Under the pieces are notes generated by a model that was given only the letters and a program-made list of their open reading frames with translations, did not search any database and was not told where the DNA came from. The translations under genes were made by a program, and so were the position numbers. Shown here piece after piece: positions 62,094-64,000 of a stretch of DNA of 64,000 nucleotides. Each line of letters starts with the position of its first letter. Within the stretch, counting starts at the first letter, position 1. The DNA comes from Octopus sinensis (Eukaryota), in contig NC_043003.1 in assembly GCF_006345805.1 (NCBI RefSeq), positions 53,506,001 through 53,570,000 of the forward strand. Reading direction: 5' to 3'.

Positions 62094-62221
62094 TTTGATT
62101 GATTTCTGGCTTTATACAATGACAAGTGTCAAAAGCTGAGGCAATAATTTTTCCTTATTTTTTTAATAGCTTGCTTATTCTCCTGATGCTATATTTACTG
62201 TTGCTCCTTCCACTGAAATAG
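62094..62221 (-). other. CORO7: 5' UTR part of the ATG-containing CORO7 exon; upstream non-coding exon(s) probably lie beyond the window
   Basis: No upstream ATG; candidate acceptors TATTGCAG (exon start 62221) and CTATTTCAG (exon start 62212). Confidence 0.55.
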
Positions 62222-62899
62222 CTGCAATATAAGATTAAAATAAAAAGAGCTTAAAAGACTAATTATAGCAGAGTGCAATACATCATTAAATCAAAAGTAA
62301 ATAAATAACATTTAATTAATACAACCCTTTGAATGAACAGACATAAAAAAAAGCATACAACATATCACTGTAGTTTGCACCTAGTCATTTGGCTGACTAT
62401 CAATGTGCCAACAGATCTATTTTATGAAGGCTGGCATGGAGCTAAATAACAACAAAAACTCTTGCTATACACATACATATACACACATGTATATACTCAG
62501 TGTGTGTGTCTGTATGTATCATCCTTTTGTTTGTTCATCATTGTTCTTTTTACTTTCCATACTGACATGGGTTAGTCAGTTTGACAGGATCTGACAAGTT
62601 AGAGGACCTATTGGCCTCCAAAGCTTTTCTTTTCGCTTGGCTTCTATAGCCAGATGCCTTCTTAACATCAACTACTTTAAAGAGAGTACTTGGTCTTTTT
62701 TTTTTTTTTCTGTAGCACCAGAACTACTGGGTTTGCCTTGCAATTTGAAAAACTGAAGAGCCTAAACCAACCCCCATGACTAAAAGGAAAACAGATGAGG
62801 GAGTGATTAGTTTAGGCAAGATGATGAGAGGTAAAAATGAAAGGGACAGATATATATAATAAATATAGGGTTTATAGGAACATACACACATAGATTTAT

Positions 62900-63545
62900 A
62901 TATATGGATGAGGAGAGCTGTGTGAAGAAGTGCCACTCCCAAACAGTTGAAGGAAAACAGGGTAGAGGTAGACACAGGAAAACATGGGATGAGGTGGTGA
63001 AGCATGACCATTGAATGTTGGGTCTCACAGAGGCAATGACGAAAGACCATGGAGATATGCTGTGACTGTGAAGACCCCGAAAATAAAGTGAGTTCACAGC
63101 TGAAACCTACACCAGTGTCACAGCCCCAGCCCACTCAAAAGTACCTTGGATCGTAGGGTGACATGCTGTTCTTGAGGAGATCTATTGAGTCAAGTACATC
63201 AAAATCAAATGGAAATTGTAGTTGTGATCCCCGTACCAGTGGCACATAAAAAGCACCATCCAAATGTAGCTGATGCCAGCGCCACCTTGACTGGCTTCCA
63301 TGCTGGTGGCACATAAAAAACACCAACCGATCATGGTCACTGCCAGCCTCCTCTGACCCCTGTGCCAGTGACACATAAAAAGCACCCTCTACACTCTCGG
63401 AGGGGTTGGCGTTAAGAAGGGCATCCAACTGTAGAAACACTGCCAGATCAGACTGGAGCCTGGTGCGGCCTCCTGGCTTCCCAGACCCCAGTCAAACCAT
63501 CCAACCCAAGCCAGCATGGAAAACGGACATTAAACAATGATGATG
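62900..63545 (+). mobile_element. RTE LINE 3' end including the ORF C-terminus
   Basis: MDEESCVKKCHSQTVEGKQGRGRHRKTWDEVVKHD (RTE GRGRP.KTW motif), then UTR, minisatellite and (GAT)n tail. Confidence 0.85.
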
Positions 63546-63594
63546 ATGATGATTTATATATATACACACACACACACATATATATATCAAACAT

Positions 63595-63900
63595 CACCAT
63601 CATCAAATATCCCATTTTCCATGCTGGCATGGGTTGGACAGTTTGACAGGAGCTGGCCAGCCAGTGAGCCACCCAGGCTCCAATTTGTCTATTTTGGTAT
63701 GGTTTCTATTGCTGGAAGCGCTTTCTAATGACAACCACTTTACAGAATGTACTAGGTGCTTTGTATGTGGCACAGGCACAAGTGCTTTTAACATAGCACC
63801 AGAACAAGTGCTCTTAAAGTGAAACTAGTATGAATGCCCTTAACGTGTTGTCAGCACAAGTGCTTATAATGTGACACCAGCACAGGTGCTTTTCATAGTG
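63595..63900 (-). mobile_element. Older RTE 3' end, tail-to-tail with the previous copy
   Basis: CATCACCATCATC...TTTTCCATGCTGGCATGGGTTGGACAG. Confidence 0.65.
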
Positions 63901-64000
63901 TGTGTGTGTGTACCCACACATATATATGTATGTCTCTTGCACCCTTTTCAAGCCTAGCCAGGCTCATGGGCCCGGTTTCTGTGACATATGTGTTCCCCCC

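Overview
AT-rich, repeat-dense eukaryotic genomic DNA, most likely from an octopus (inferred from the SINE/RTE repeat families and microsatellite style, not verified by search). The minus strand carries the 5' part of a coronin-7 (CORO7/POD1) gene. I reconstructed 16 coding exons by hand from the ATG at 62093 down to 2302. All have GT-AG boundaries and consistent phases (2356 nt, 785 codons plus 1 nt), and the gene continues off the left edge. The introns hold tRNA-headed SINEs (including Nin/Deu-domain type), many 5'-truncated RTE LINE 3' ends with a hairpin minisatellite, a GIY-YIG Penelope-like element with a hammerhead-ribozyme motif, and a second hammerhead-like cassette. They also hold HERO and CR1 LINE remnants, mariner, Tc1, maT and hAT DNA-transposon remnants, a non-autonomous Helitron, several MITEs and several long perfect or near-perfect hairpins. 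No prokaryotic system, CRISPR array, rRNA or true tRNA gene was seen. The best leads are the two antisense hammerhead cassettes, a pre-miRNA-shaped intronic hairpin, intronic dsRNA-forming structures and a long repeat-containing inter-propeller linker exon. None of these establishes a new system without the checks listed.
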